Shown: positions 28,535-37,976 of the stretch, one piece after another
How positions within the stretch are numbered: position 1 is the first letter of the stretch
Layout: the number at the start of each line of letters is the position of its first letter
NCBI GenBank assembly: GCA_017472685.1
Contig: JAFUOO010000022.1
Location: 77,483-141,482 of the forward strand
DNA: 64,000 nucleotides
Source: Clostridia bacterium
Lineage (GTDB): Bacteria > Bacillota > Clostridia > UMGS1883
Direction: 5' to 3'
Notes under the pieces: model-generated
The model's input: the letters and a program-made list of their open reading frames with translations, nothing else
The model's database searches: none
What the model was told of the DNA's origin: nothing
Made by a program: the position numbers and the translations under genes

Positions 28535-28564
28535 AGTTGCGAAATGTTTTCGCAACTTTTTTTC
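28535..28564 (+). terminator. rho-independent terminator; also left copy of an approx. 50-bp direct repeat
   Basis: agttgcgaaatgttttcgcaact followed by ttttttt. Confidence 0.75.
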
Positions 28565-28605
28565 CGTGCCAAAATACAAAAAATGGGCTATTATGTAATC
28601 AACAA
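28546..28605. repeat. direct repeat copy A (ttttcgcaactttttttccgtg... aaaata..aaatggg.tatt..gtaat)
   Basis: It shares a 22-nt exact core and about 85% identity over about 55 bp with 31044-31100. Confidence 0.7.
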
Positions 28606-28638
28606 AGCAATTACATAAATGAAAGGACGTTATATTTT

Positions 28639-28812
28639 ATGAATTTTGTAGCATCTGTTTTAACAGGAGCAAGCCTTGGGAGTATGATGGGGAGCACGGT
28701 TGCAACCATTGGAAAAAAGTCGGTTGATGTGGCTATTGCCATAGGAACACTGGTTGGTGCAGCAATAGGTCTTATTGCTGAAATGGCAGAAACACGAAGA
28801 AAAGAAAGGTAG
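28639..28812 (+). CDS. mini membrane protein with glycine-zipper motif (57 aa)
   Basis: ATG with AAAGGA ribosome-binding site. GxxxGxxxG-type hydrophobic segment. Confidence 0.3.
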   Translation: MNFVASVLTGASLGSMMGSTVATIGKKSVDVAIAIGTLVGAAIGLIAEMAETRRKER

Positions 28813-28820
28813 GATTAACA

Positions 28821-29165
28821 ATGGCTATATACAAACCCGGAAGACCTGTAAAATATAACCTTGGCACAGAAAAAGGTACAAAACCGCCTTCTAAGCCGGG
28901 CGAATACCGGATAAGAGACAACTCTGGGCAGATATCCTATGTGGGCGAAACAAACAACCTTGCCCGCAGGATGTATCAGCACACCAAAAGCGGAAAGCTG
29001 TCTGTGGAGAAGGGTAACAGTACCTTTGAGTATAAGATTGCCGACGGCAGGTCAAGCTCAAGAACAAGGCGTATCCACGAGAAAGAGAAAATAGCAAAGC
29101 ACAATCCTTATCTTAATAAATCAGGCGGAGGAGAAGGCAGGCTTGCAAAAAAGAAAGGTGCATGA
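28821..29165 (+). CDS. small GIY-YIG nuclease-domain protein
   Basis: GEYRIRDNSGQISYVGETNNLARRMYQH fits the GIY-(x10)-YIG...R...H/Q pattern. It has a basic C-terminal tail. Confidence 0.6.
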   Translation: MAIYKPGRPVKYNLGTEKGTKPPSKPGEYRIRDNSGQISYVGETNNLARRMYQHTKSGKLSVEKGNSTFEYKIADGRSSSRTRRIHEKEKIAKHNPYLNKSGGGEGRLAKKKGA

Positions 29166-29208
29166 AAAAAGCAGAAAAGCGAAAGCTTTTCTGCTTTTTT
29201 GTTATATG

Positions 29209-30978
29209 TTACTCGTCATCAGAGGAGTCGGTTTCATCTTCATCGGGCTGAATAAGCTCAGGAGCAAGCCAGTCAGATTCAGGACGGCAGATGAGGCGTG
29301 CATTGTTATAAGCCATTTCGTGAGTGAGAATGGTATTAATCTGATAATAAATTTCACCGTCGTCACGGATGCGGCGTTCAACCACCAGTGCTATAGGCTT
29401 ATCATCGTTGTCGTCAAATCGAACGGGGATAAGCCAGGAAAGTGTATTATCTTCAGGATAATAACAAGGAATGGCAGAACGCCAGTTCCAACGCACATTG
29501 CGAAGAGCATTTTCCGTAAATTGTTTTAACCTATCCTTAAGTGACTGAAAATCTTTCCCTAACTCTGCAGAGGCAGAGAGTTCATCATGGTCTTTGATAT
29601 AATCGTAGATTTGTTGTCTCTTGTCTTTAACGGAAATTTCGTCGTTGTCAAGCATTTTTCGTATGGCACCATTATTCCAATAAATTTTGAAGAAGGATAA
29701 CGGCAAACGGTCAAAGCGCTCTTTTATAATATGCTTAAAGTTAATTTCTGTTGTGGGGTTAATCGGCGGCTGCAAAAAGGTGTCTTCATGTTTGCTGAAA
29801 TATACCGGTCTGGACGGAAGATTGGATGAAAAGTGTTCGTTGAATATTTTTCCGTCACCATAGGTTTTACCCGTATCGCTGTCAATAAACGCTATAAATT
29901 TGTATTGATGTGGGAGGTGTAACGGACTGCATTCATTTTTAGCTGAGTCAACCTTTTTGAAAAGTGCATAAATCTCTTTGTATTCTTTATCGGGAAGACC
30001 GGTATTGAACGCTGCATAATTTCCGCTAAAGCATATCTGATTGTTGAAAGCAGCAGAAGTGTTGCCTGAAATATAATTGTTGTAAAGTCGGCAAAACGTG
30101 TAATTAAGATAGTTGAATAAAATGCTGTCTTTCTTTGTGCCTAAAGACCAGTGTTCAGGCAGAGTTTTTGAAGCAAGATTGCCGATTGCGTCGAAAAAGT
30201 TGTCAAAGGATGCCCATTTCTGAAGCCACAGCTTTTTAGGGAACAGCTCAAGCGACGGGTTTTCATATATTAAATGCTGATAATACCAACCAGTACCGCG
30301 TATTCCTTTACGGTAAGAAAATAAAGCATAGACTGTTTTTTCTTTATTTTCTTTGGTATCTGTAAAAGTGAAACCCGTATCGATACAACGCGACGATAAA
30401 TATATTGGATTATTTAGTGTAGCCCCGTCACGATTTATGTATATGGATTTATCCTTGTTTGCATTAACAGTATTATGTATATCCTGAGCCGGGGTGGTTG
30501 TATCACCGCAAAGGGCAACTATATCGCTCTTTAAGTCGTTCCAGTCATCAAAAAGGTCGTCCTTAATCGGAGCTACAAGCTTTTCGCAGTACCATATAGT
30601 TTTGTTGTCTTTATCTTTTACACATAAAAGTTTAAGACAAGCTCCTTCTTTATCAGGAATACCTGTTTTTAACACAAGACGGTTATTGTCAGATGCTATT
30701 TCAGAATCCGAAAGCTTGTAATAGGTTTCTTTAATTGTTTTCAAGAGCTTAGCCTTCTGCTCCGATTCGGATAAGCCTTCAAAAAAACCTTCATGTGCAT
30801 GTTTTTTTGCGTATGCAAATATCATATCATCTTTTAATGTGATGAATTTGTCAAATTCAACTCGGGACGGAGTCGGCGTTATTACTTTATCCTCCTGAAT
30901 CTGAGGAGCGGAGGCTTGCTGACTAACAGTAGCTTTAGATTCGGTTGATTGTCTGAATATCTTTTTTAATAAGTTCAT
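29209..30978 (-). CDS. large hypothetical protein (589 aa) with an acidic C-terminal tail; low GC
   Basis: Long ORF convergent with the GIY-YIG gene. No confident family. Ends ...PDEDETDSSDDE. Confidence 0.5.
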   Translation of the reverse strand: MNLLKKIFRQSTESKATVSQQASAPQIQEDKVITPTPSRVEFDKFITLKDDMIFAYAKKHAHEGFFEGLSESEQKAKLLKTIKETYYKLSDSEIASDNNRLVLKTGIPDKEGACLKLLCVKDKDNKTIWYCEKLVAPIKDDLFDDWNDLKSDIVALCGDTTTPAQDIHNTVNANKDKSIYINRDGATLNNPIYLSSRCIDTGFTFTDTKENKEKTVYALFSYRKGIRGTGWYYQHLIYENPSLELFPKKLWLQKWASFDNFFDAIGNLASKTLPEHWSLGTKKDSILFNYLNYTFCRLYNNYISGNTSAAFNNQICFSGNYAAFNTGLPDKEYKEIYALFKKVDSAKNECSPLHLPHQYKFIAFIDSDTGKTYGDGKIFNEHFSSNLPSRPVYFSKHEDTFLQPPINPTTEINFKHIIKERFDRLPLSFFKIYWNNGAIRKMLDNDEISVKDKRQQIYDYIKDHDELSASAELGKDFQSLKDRLKQFTENALRNVRWNWRSAIPCYYPEDNTLSWLIPVRFDDNDDKPIALVVERRIRDDGEIYYQINTILTHEMAYNNARLICRPESDWLAPELIQPDEDETDSSDDE

Positions 30979-31043
30979 TTAAATCTTCTCCTGTCTATGA
31001 TAAAGAATTATAGCATAAATGAAAGTGCATTTGCAACAATTTG

Positions 31044-31100
31044 TGAGTTTTCGCAACTTTTTTTCCGTGTAAAAATAAATGGGATATTTTAGTATGTAAT
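31044..31100. repeat. direct repeat copy B
   Basis: ttttcgcaactttttttccgtgtaaaaataaatgggatattttagtatgtaat matches 28546-28605. Confidence 0.7.
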
Positions 31101-31453
31101 TGTCGGACGGATGCGGGTGTGTTGCCTCACCCGGGTGCATAAGGTGTACCAAAATGTATGCTTGCCGACAACGCAGGTTCAACTCCTGCCTGTACATGTG
31201 TACAGCCAAGTGGTTTTGGATATCGTCCGAAAGGACTCGCCTTAAAGAAAAAGTCTAAAACGCAATTTCTCCGCCTTCTCTGAACAGAGTTTCGGGCAAT
31301 GAGTAAAGGATTTTGCCAAGCGTGGATACCGTATGCTGTCGCATAATGCCAGAGCACAGCTTCCGCACAATGGGAGAACATACTCAAATTGCTTGCCATC
31401 CCTACTCATGAGAAATTGCAACGATTATTATTACCGAAAGGGGTTTATACATA

Positions 31454-32548
31454 ATGAAAAGAATAACAGTTAAAGAAACACAGAGAGCACTTTTATTTAA
31501 AAACGGAAAATTTGAGGGCGTACTTGAAAGCGGCAGATATTTCGACTCGAAAAACAAGCTGTTTGTAATCTGTTCGATTGACAAGGCGGTGGATACATCC
31601 AACTGTTCTTTGGAGGTTATGCTGAAAAACAACAGCTTCAAGGCTGCCGTTACAACAGTGGAAGTTAAGGATGCACACCTTAAAATGCATTTTGTAAACG
31701 GTAAGTTTACACATGTTCTTTCCTCGGGTAGCTATGCGTTCTGGAACGCAGCAGGTGAGCACACCTTTTGGGAGGTTGACCTGTCCTCTCCCGAGGTTGA
31801 TGCAGGCTTTCCCGAGTATCTTTTCAAAATGATGCCTGCAGCCTACTACGAGAAAATACAGGTTCGGGAATACGAAAAAGCAAGGCTTTATTTTGATAAA
31901 AAATTTGTACGCCTTCTTGACAGCGGTGTTCACTACTTCTGGAAAACAAATGTAGAGGTTGATTATTCGCTGGCAGATACACGCCTTTTGGAAAAGAACA
32001 TTACAGGACAGGAAATGCTCACACGTGACAAGGTCTCTGTAAGGATAAACTGCGTATGCACCTACCGTATTGTAGATTATGTTAAAATAGTAACCGAGGT
32101 TGATGATTACGAGGGTCAGCTTCACACTGCGCTGCAGATGGCACTCCGTGATTTTGTAGGTCGCTACAGACTGGACGAGATCCTTGAAGAAAAGGAAAAA
32201 ATGAGCGAATATGTTCTTGAAAAGCTCAAGGAAAAGGAAGAGGAGCTCTATATTGACGTTAAAAGCGCAGGTGTTAAGGACATTATTCTGCCCGGAGAAA
32301 TCCGCGATATTATGAACACTGTTCTTATTGCGGAGAAAAAGGCACAGGCTAATGTTATATCGCGTCGTGAGGAGGTTGCGTCAACACGCTCACTTCTTAA
32401 TACTGCACGGCTTATGGACGAAAATGAAACACTTTACAAGCTTAAAGAGCTTGAATACATGGAAAGAATATGCGAAAATGTAGGTAATATAAATATTGAC
32501 AACGGAACTAATATAATTGCACAGCTTTCACGTCTGTGCGAAAGGTGA
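31454..32548 (+). CDS. SPFH/band-7 domain protein (no obvious transmembrane anchor)
   Basis: The central region (TRDKVSVRINCVCTYRIVD...AQANVISRREEVASTRSL) is typical of stomatin/prohibitin-like domains. Confidence 0.55.
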   Translation: MKRITVKETQRALLFKNGKFEGVLESGRYFDSKNKLFVICSIDKAVDTSNCSLEVMLKNNSFKAAVTTVEVKDAHLKMHFVNGKFTHVLSSGSYAFWNAAGEHTFWEVDLSSPEVDAGFPEYLFKMMPAAYYEKIQVREYEKARLYFDKKFVRLLDSGVHYFWKTNVEVDYSLADTRLLEKNITGQEMLTRDKVSVRINCVCTYRIVDYVKIVTEVDDYEGQLHTALQMALRDFVGRYRLDEILEEKEKMSEYVLEKLKEKEEELYIDVKSAGVKDIILPGEIRDIMNTVLIAEKKAQANVISRREEVASTRSLLNTARLMDENETLYKLKELEYMERICENVGNINIDNGTNIIAQLSRLCER

Positions 32549-32553
32549 TTAAA

Positions 32554-33762
32554 ATGATTGAAATTAAAGGATTATATAATACTGCACTTTGCTATACGGA
32601 CACTCTTGAGGAAGAGTCGGAAAAGCAGATTGCAAAGTTTTGCGACAGGGAAGAATTCAAGGATTGCCGTATACGCATTATGCCCGACGTACACGCAGGT
32701 AAGGGGTGTACAATAGGCACAACCATGACGCTCATCGATAAGGTTGTGCCTAACATGGTGGGCGTTGACATAGGGTGCGGTATGGAAACTGTTAAGATAG
32801 CCGAAAAGGAAGTTGACTTTGAAAAGCTTGGCAGAATTATAAGAGGGAACATACCCTCGGGGTTTAATGTGCGAAAGTTTTCACACAGGTACAATGATGA
32901 AATCGACCTTAATGAATTAAGGTGCATTGAGTATATTAACAAAGAGCGTGCGGTGCATAGCCTCGGCACACTTGGAGGCGGAAATCACTTTATAGAAATG
33001 GACCGTGACGACGAGGGGAATTTGTACCTTGTTATACATTCGGGCAGCAGGCATTTGGGTGTTGAGGTGGCTGAATATTACCAGGAATCGGGCTTTCGGA
33101 TGCTTTACGGAGGCTTCAGGACGCAGATTGAGGAAACTATAGCGTCTCTTAAGGCATACGGACGTGAAAATGAGATTGAGAGAACAATCAAGGATATACG
33201 CGATAAGATTAAAAAGGTGAGGCATGAACAGGAGTTTGCATATGTAGAGGGCGACCTTTTCGAGGATTATATTCACGATATGAGGATTGTACAGCGCTTT
33301 GCAACCTTGAACCGAAAGGCAATGTGTGATGTTATCTTTCGCGGAATGGGCTTTAACGAGGTTGAAAGCTTTACAACAATTCATAATTATATTGATACTG
33401 ATGAAATGATACTCAGAAAGGGAGCGGTTTCAGCAAAGAAGGGCGAAAGACTTCTGATTCCGATTAATATGCGTGACGGAAGCATTATCTGCACAGGTAA
33501 GGGCAATGAGGAATGGAATTGCTCCGCACCTCACGGTGCAGGCAGGCTTATGAGCCGCAAAGCGGCGTTCAAGGCACTTGATATGGATGAGTATATTGAG
33601 CAGATGAAAAATGTTTACTCCACAAGCGTTGTACCCGATACATTGGATGAGTCACCCATGGCATATAAAAGCATGGAGCATATTATATCGCAGATTGAAC
33701 CTACCTGTGAGATTGAGGCGATTATAAAGCCTGTATATAACTTCAAGGATTCGGGAAGATAG
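32554..33762 (+). CDS. rtcB: RtcB family RNA ligase
   Basis: Metal-binding motifs MPDVHAGKG, GGGNHFIE and HGAGR. An ATG with GAAAGGTG ribosome-binding site lies inside the ORF-track start and overlaps the SPFH gene end. Confidence 0.85.
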   Translation: MIEIKGLYNTALCYTDTLEEESEKQIAKFCDREEFKDCRIRIMPDVHAGKGCTIGTTMTLIDKVVPNMVGVDIGCGMETVKIAEKEVDFEKLGRIIRGNIPSGFNVRKFSHRYNDEIDLNELRCIEYINKERAVHSLGTLGGGNHFIEMDRDDEGNLYLVIHSGSRHLGVEVAEYYQESGFRMLYGGFRTQIEETIASLKAYGRENEIERTIKDIRDKIKKVRHEQEFAYVEGDLFEDYIHDMRIVQRFATLNRKAMCDVIFRGMGFNEVESFTTIHNYIDTDEMILRKGAVSAKKGERLLIPINMRDGSIICTGKGNEEWNCSAPHGAGRLMSRKAAFKALDMDEYIEQMKNVYSTSVVPDTLDESPMAYKSMEHIISQIEPTCEIEAIIKPVYNFKDSGR

Positions 33763-33898
33763 AACATTGCCCTTGCGGTGCCATATGTTTTTGCTTTGCA
33801 AAACGAGAATTTGAAAAGCTGTTGAAAAAAATAGAAGAATATGATATGCTGAAAAAGGATACTGAAATGTATCCTTTTTGTTTAAGAAGGAGAATGAG

Positions 33899-34250
33899 TA
33901 TGCTTAAATTTATCTGCTACCCTAAATGCACCACCTGCCAGAAGGCGCAGGCGTGGCTCAATGAAAAAGGGATAAAATACGAAACAAGAAACATTAAAGA
34001 GGACAAGCCCACATACGATGAGCTTAAGGCATGGTATGAGGCGTCAGGCTTAGATATAAAGCGGTTTTTCAACACCTCGGGGCTACTTTATAAGTCATTG
34101 GATTTAAAGAATAAGTTGCCCGGAATGACAATAGAAGAAAAGCTCAAGCTTTTATCGAGCGACGGCATGCTTGTTAAAAGACCCATTGTAATTGGCGACG
34201 GAGTTGTGCTCCTCGGCTTTAAGGAAAAGGAATGGATTGATACAATATGA
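33899..34250 (+). CDS. ArsC/Spx-family thioredoxin-fold protein (YffB-like)
   Basis: N-terminal YPKCTTC CxxC motif with a glutaredoxin-like fold. About 117 aa from the ATG with AGGAGA ribosome-binding site. Confidence 0.55.
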
Positions 34251-34795
34251 TTATAGAAACAGAAAGGCTGATACTGCGTCCGTGGGAAGAGTCGGATGCT
34301 GAAAGCCTGTACACTTATGCAAGTGACCCTGACATAGGGCACCCTGCCGGCTGGAGCGCGCATACAAGCGTGGAAAACAGCCTGGAAATTATAAAAAATG
34401 TTCTTTCTGCCAATGAAACATATGCCGTGTGCTTAAAGGCAGACAATAAAGCTATCGGAAGCGTGGGGCTGAAAATGGGCAGTGCAACGGACATGACAGA
34501 GCGTGACGACGAATGCGAGCTTGGCTATTGGCTCGGAAAGCCCTTTTGGGGAAGAGGCATAATACCTGAAGCGGCAAGAGCGCTTATTTGTCATGGCTTT
34601 CAAAACCTCGGCATGCGTGCAATATGGTGCGGATATTATGACGGCAATGAAAAATCAAAAAGGGCTATGTCAAAATGCGGATTTAAATATCATCATACAA
34701 CAGAAGGCTTGGAGGTGCCGCTTTTGGGTGAAGTGCGTACAGGTCATGTTACGCTTTTGACAAAAGAGGAGTGGTTAAACTATGGCAACAAGTAG
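34247..34795 (+). CDS. GNAT family N-acetyltransferase (RimJ/RimL-like)
   Basis: ERLILRPWEESDAESLY N-terminus and an acetyl-CoA binding region (GRGI). Confidence 0.7.
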   Translation: MIIETERLILRPWEESDAESLYTYASDPDIGHPAGWSAHTSVENSLEIIKNVLSANETYAVCLKADNKAIGSVGLKMGSATDMTERDDECELGYWLGKPFWGRGIIPEAARALICHGFQNLGMRAIWCGYYDGNEKSKRAMSKCGFKYHHTTEGLEVPLLGEVRTGHVTLLTKEEWLNYGNK

Positions 34796-35096
34796 GGAAT
34801 ATTTGGATTTTGTAATGGATAATCTGTCACTTTTGGATAATATTTCGTACAAGCAGATGATGGGCGAGTACATAATTTATTACCGTGGCAAGATTGCGGC
34901 ATATGTTTGTGACGACCGCCTTTTGGTAAAGGTTGTACCCTCTTCAATAAAAATGTTTCCCGATGCAAAAAGAGAAGCACCCTATGAAGGTGCAAAGGAA
35001 ATGCTTTTGATTGAGAATGTCGAGGGAAAGGAATTCTTAAAGGAATTGTTTGATGCGATGTATGACGAATTGCCAATGCCGAGGAAAAAGAAATGA
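34782..35096 (+). CDS. TfoX N-terminal-domain-like protein
   Basis: About 100 aa with EYLDFV...L...Y and a GK pattern. Confidence 0.45.
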   Translation: MATSREYLDFVMDNLSLLDNISYKQMMGEYIIYYRGKIAAYVCDDRLLVKVVPSSIKMFPDAKREAPYEGAKEMLLIENVEGKEFLKELFDAMYDELPMPRKKK

Positions 35097-35413
35097 TTTG
35101 TGAACATAAAGCTTTTGAAATCATAAAAGAATATGACCCAAAGCCTAAAAACCCCGACGGAAGCACAAGGTGGTTTTTGTTTCGCTGGGACGACGGCAAG
35201 GACGGTTACAGACAGCTTGTAAAATGTAAAAGCTGTAACGCATATTTCTTGGTGCAATGCTATCGCTTAAGTAAATTTGCTGACGGCGAGGGCAGAATGC
35301 ACCGTGATTGGTATGCCATTCGTGACGAAAAAGACGCTGATGTGCTGAACGCAAAATACACGGGTATGGAGCTGGAGAGGAATTTTGAATCTGCAAGAAA
35401 AGAGGTGTTGTAA
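35093..35413 (+). CDS. hypothetical protein (106 aa)
   Basis: Overlapping ORF within the operon. Confidence 0.35.
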   Translation: MICEHKAFEIIKEYDPKPKNPDGSTRWFLFRWDDGKDGYRQLVKCKSCNAYFLVQCYRLSKFADGEGRMHRDWYAIRDEKDADVLNAKYTGMELERNFESARKEVL

Positions 35414-36045
35414 TGCCGTTTGATTTTAAGAAAGAATTTAAAGAGTTTTATATGCCTAAAAATAAACCCGAGATTGTGAATGTGCCAAAAATGAACTATA
35501 TAGCAGTACGCGGTAAGGGCAACCCGAACGAAGAAGGAGGGGCATACCAAAAGGCGATAAGTGTACTGTATGCTATTGCGTATACCCTTAAAATGAGTTA
35601 TAAGTCAGACTATAAAATCAAAGGCTTTTTTGAATATGTTGTGCCACCGCTTGAAGGATTCTGGTGGCAGGGTGGCATTGATGGAGTTGACTACAGCGAT
35701 AAAGATAAATTTAACTGGATAAGTGTCATCCGCCTGCCCGATTTTGTAACAAAAGAGAATTTTGACTGGGCAGTTGAAACTGCAACAAAGAAAAAGAAAA
35801 TCGATTGTAGTGAGGCAGAGTTTTTAACAATAGACGAAGGCTTATGTGTGCAAATAATGCACAGTGGCTCTTTTGACGATGAGCCTGAAACAGTTGCATT
35901 GATGGATAAATTCATAGAAGAAAACGGATATGCAAACGACTTGGGAAACGAGAGACTACATCACGAAATTTACCTTTCTGATGCAAGGAAAGTTCCCTGT
36001 GAGAAGTGGAAAACGGTTATACGACATCCTGTAAAGAAGATTTGA
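35413..36045 (+). CDS. GyrI-like small-molecule-binding domain protein
   Basis: 210 aa with PEIVNVPKMNYIAVRGKG and FLTIDEGLCVQIMHSGSFD, typical of the GyrI-like (AraC effector-binding) fold. Confidence 0.55.
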   Translation: MPFDFKKEFKEFYMPKNKPEIVNVPKMNYIAVRGKGNPNEEGGAYQKAISVLYAIAYTLKMSYKSDYKIKGFFEYVVPPLEGFWWQGGIDGVDYSDKDKFNWISVIRLPDFVTKENFDWAVETATKKKKIDCSEAEFLTIDEGLCVQIMHSGSFDDEPETVALMDKFIEENGYANDLGNERLHHEIYLSDARKVPCEKWKTVIRHPVKKI

Positions 36046-36047
36046 AG

Positions 36048-36076
36048 CAGTCGGGTAAACCCGACTGTTTTGTTTT
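36048..36076 (+). terminator. rho-independent terminator
   Basis: cagtcgggtaaacccgactg followed by ttttgtttt. Confidence 0.75.
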
Positions 36077-36084
36077 ATCAATAT

Positions 36085-36164
36085 CTGTTTAGAGAAATAT
36101 CTAAATAGCTATTGACAGGAGTAATGCGGTATGATATATTCTGTTTAGAAACTTTTCTAAATAG
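36085..36164 (+). promoter_or_regulatory. sigma-70-like promoter flanked by two near-identical palindromic operators (autoregulatory site of the ArsR/SdpR-like gene)
   Basis: IR1 ctgtttagagaaatatctaaatag (36085-36108) and IR2 ctgtttagaaacttttctaaatag (36141-36164). TTGACA at 36112-36117, a 17-nt spacer, and TATATT at 36135-36140. Confidence 0.6.
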
Positions 36165-36183
36165 CTTGAAAGGAGTGACATAA

Positions 36184-36453
36184 ATGGGATTAAACGAAAC
36201 CTTAAAGGCAATAAGTGACCCTGCAAGGCGTGATATACTGTTAATGCTTAAGGGCGGGCGAAAGTCGGCAGGGGAGATTGCAGAGCATTTCAACCTTACG
36301 GGTGCAACGGTTTCCTACCATCTGGCAAAATTAAAAAGTGCGGATTTAATAAGTGAAGAAAAATACAAAAATTTTATATATTACACACTTAACGCCTCTG
36401 TTTTCGAAGAGGTGTTAACCTGGATATATCAGTTAGGAGGCAAAAAGGAATGA
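36184..36453 (+). CDS. ArsR/SdpR-family winged-helix repressor
   Basis: ISDPARRDILLML...GEIAEHFNLTGATVSYHL. Confidence 0.75.
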   Translation: MGLNETLKAISDPARRDILLMLKGGRKSAGEIAEHFNLTGATVSYHLAKLKSADLISEEKYKNFIYYTLNASVFEEVLTWIYQLGGKKE

Positions 36454-37067
36454 AATTTATTAAATGGAAAACTCTTTTTATAACAAGCTTAGTGTGCTTA
36501 TTGCCCATAGCTTTCGGCATAGCGTTGTGGGACTATCTTCCCGACAGCATTGCCATACATTTTGACATCAATAACAACCCCGACAACTTTGCGTCCAAGG
36601 GCTTTGCAGTTTTCGTAATGCCTTGCCTGATGGCAGCATTGCAGGCTTTCTGCTGTTTTGTAAACGATATAAACGCGTATAAGCACGGCGAAAGGAAAAA
36701 GTTTGAAAAAGTGACAAAATGGACAATACCAATCATGACTGTTATACTGCAGGCAGTGACCTTTGGCTATGCATTAGGCTTTAATTTGGACATAAGGCGC
36801 GTTGCGGCTTTCATTGTAGGTGCGGTGCTCATTGCTATTGGCAACTATCTGCCAAAGTTTGATTATATAAAGAATTATGATGTCGAAAAGGAAAAGGCGA
36901 GAAAAATTAACCGCTTTATAGGCTTTGAAACTGTTGTTATGGGTCTGTGCTTTATTGTGAGCATATTTATGCCGCCCATTGCAACGGTTTGCTGCCTTAT
37001 ATTATTATTGCCTTATACACTTATAGGTGTTGTGTACGGAATTAAGGTAGGACGAAAAAATCAATAG
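36450..37067 (+). CDS. SdpI/YhfL-family membrane protein
   Basis: 205 aa with about 5 transmembrane helices and a DUF1648-like N-terminus. Coupled to the ArsR-like gene, as in sdpR-sdpI. Confidence 0.6.
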   Translation: MKFIKWKTLFITSLVCLLPIAFGIALWDYLPDSIAIHFDINNNPDNFASKGFAVFVMPCLMAALQAFCCFVNDINAYKHGERKKFEKVTKWTIPIMTVILQAVTFGYALGFNLDIRRVAAFIVGAVLIAIGNYLPKFDYIKNYDVEKEKARKINRFIGFETVVMGLCFIVSIFMPPIATVCCLILLLPYTLIGVVYGIKVGRKNQ

Positions 37068-37176
37068 CAAAAGGCTTGTTGACAAAATATTACGGTAGCA
37101 ATATAATTTTAACAGTGGTATTTGGCAAAACAAAAAATCTGTACAAGAGTATCTTTAAAAACGGAGGCGGAAAATC

Positions 37177-37851
37177 ATGAAAAAACTGATGAGTATAGTT
37201 TTGGGTGCAATATTGATTGCATGGGGTGTTGTTTATATTTTAGGCTTGTTCGGGATTGCGGATATCGAATTTTCCCTTGATGGCTGGTGGACGCTTTTTA
37301 TAATTATTCCTTGTCTCAACAGTCTTATCACAAGCCGTGACAAGACAGGCAGTGCGATTGGTCTGGGTGTTGGTATTTTGCTTCTTCTTGCGGCGCAGGA
37401 AGTAATAGAATACGATGTGATCTGGAAGCTTATTGTGCCAATTATAATAATTATGATAGGAATTAAGATGATAAAAAAATCAATCTGTTCCGAAAAAGCG
37501 GTAAAAAAGGAGGCTGAAGAAAACGGAGAAAAGGAATGTATGGCGGCGTTTTCTTCAGAGACAGTTGATTATTCGGATGAAGAAATAAGTGTAGCTAAGG
37601 TTTCGGCGGTTTTTGGCGGCGTAAAATGTAACCTCACCGATGCAAAATTGAAAGATGGCAGTATAATTGACCTGCTGTGTTTGTTTGGCGGAGCAGATAT
37701 AATCGTGCCTGAAAATGTTAATGTTAAGATGAACGCATTCTGCCTCTTTGGCGGAATCAGTGATAAAAGACAAAACAAAAGCAATGATTTAAATGCACCT
37801 ACTGTTAATATAAACGGATTTTGTATGTTTGGCGGTGCAGACATAAAATAA
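37177..37851 (+). CDS. LiaF-like membrane protein with C-terminal FGG-repeat beta domain
   Basis: N-terminal transmembrane helices and a C-terminal repeated (F/L)FGG motif, as in the LiaF/DUF2154 domain. Confidence 0.45.
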   Translation: MKKLMSIVLGAILIAWGVVYILGLFGIADIEFSLDGWWTLFIIIPCLNSLITSRDKTGSAIGLGVGILLLLAAQEVIEYDVIWKLIVPIIIIMIGIKMIKKSICSEKAVKKEAEENGEKECMAAFSSETVDYSDEEISVAKVSAVFGGVKCNLTDAKLKDGSIIDLLCLFGGADIIVPENVNVKMNAFCLFGGISDKRQNKSNDLNAPTVNINGFCMFGGADIK

Positions 37852-37976
37852 ACTGAAGTAGTAATAATGTGTGGAGGCAGGGATAGTCCGGCCTCCGCTT
37901 TTTCTTAAGAAATATTAATAATTTTAGTGGTTAAATATTAAGAAATTGGTGTTACAATAAAGCCGAGGTGAGGAGA

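Noticed and set aside
31173-31205. Possible tRNA gene suggested by a GGTTCAACTCC T-arm-like hairpin
   Set aside because: No acceptor-stem partner, D-arm or anticodon arm can be built. The following ctgtaca-tg-tgtacag is a separate hairpin rather than an acceptor strand.
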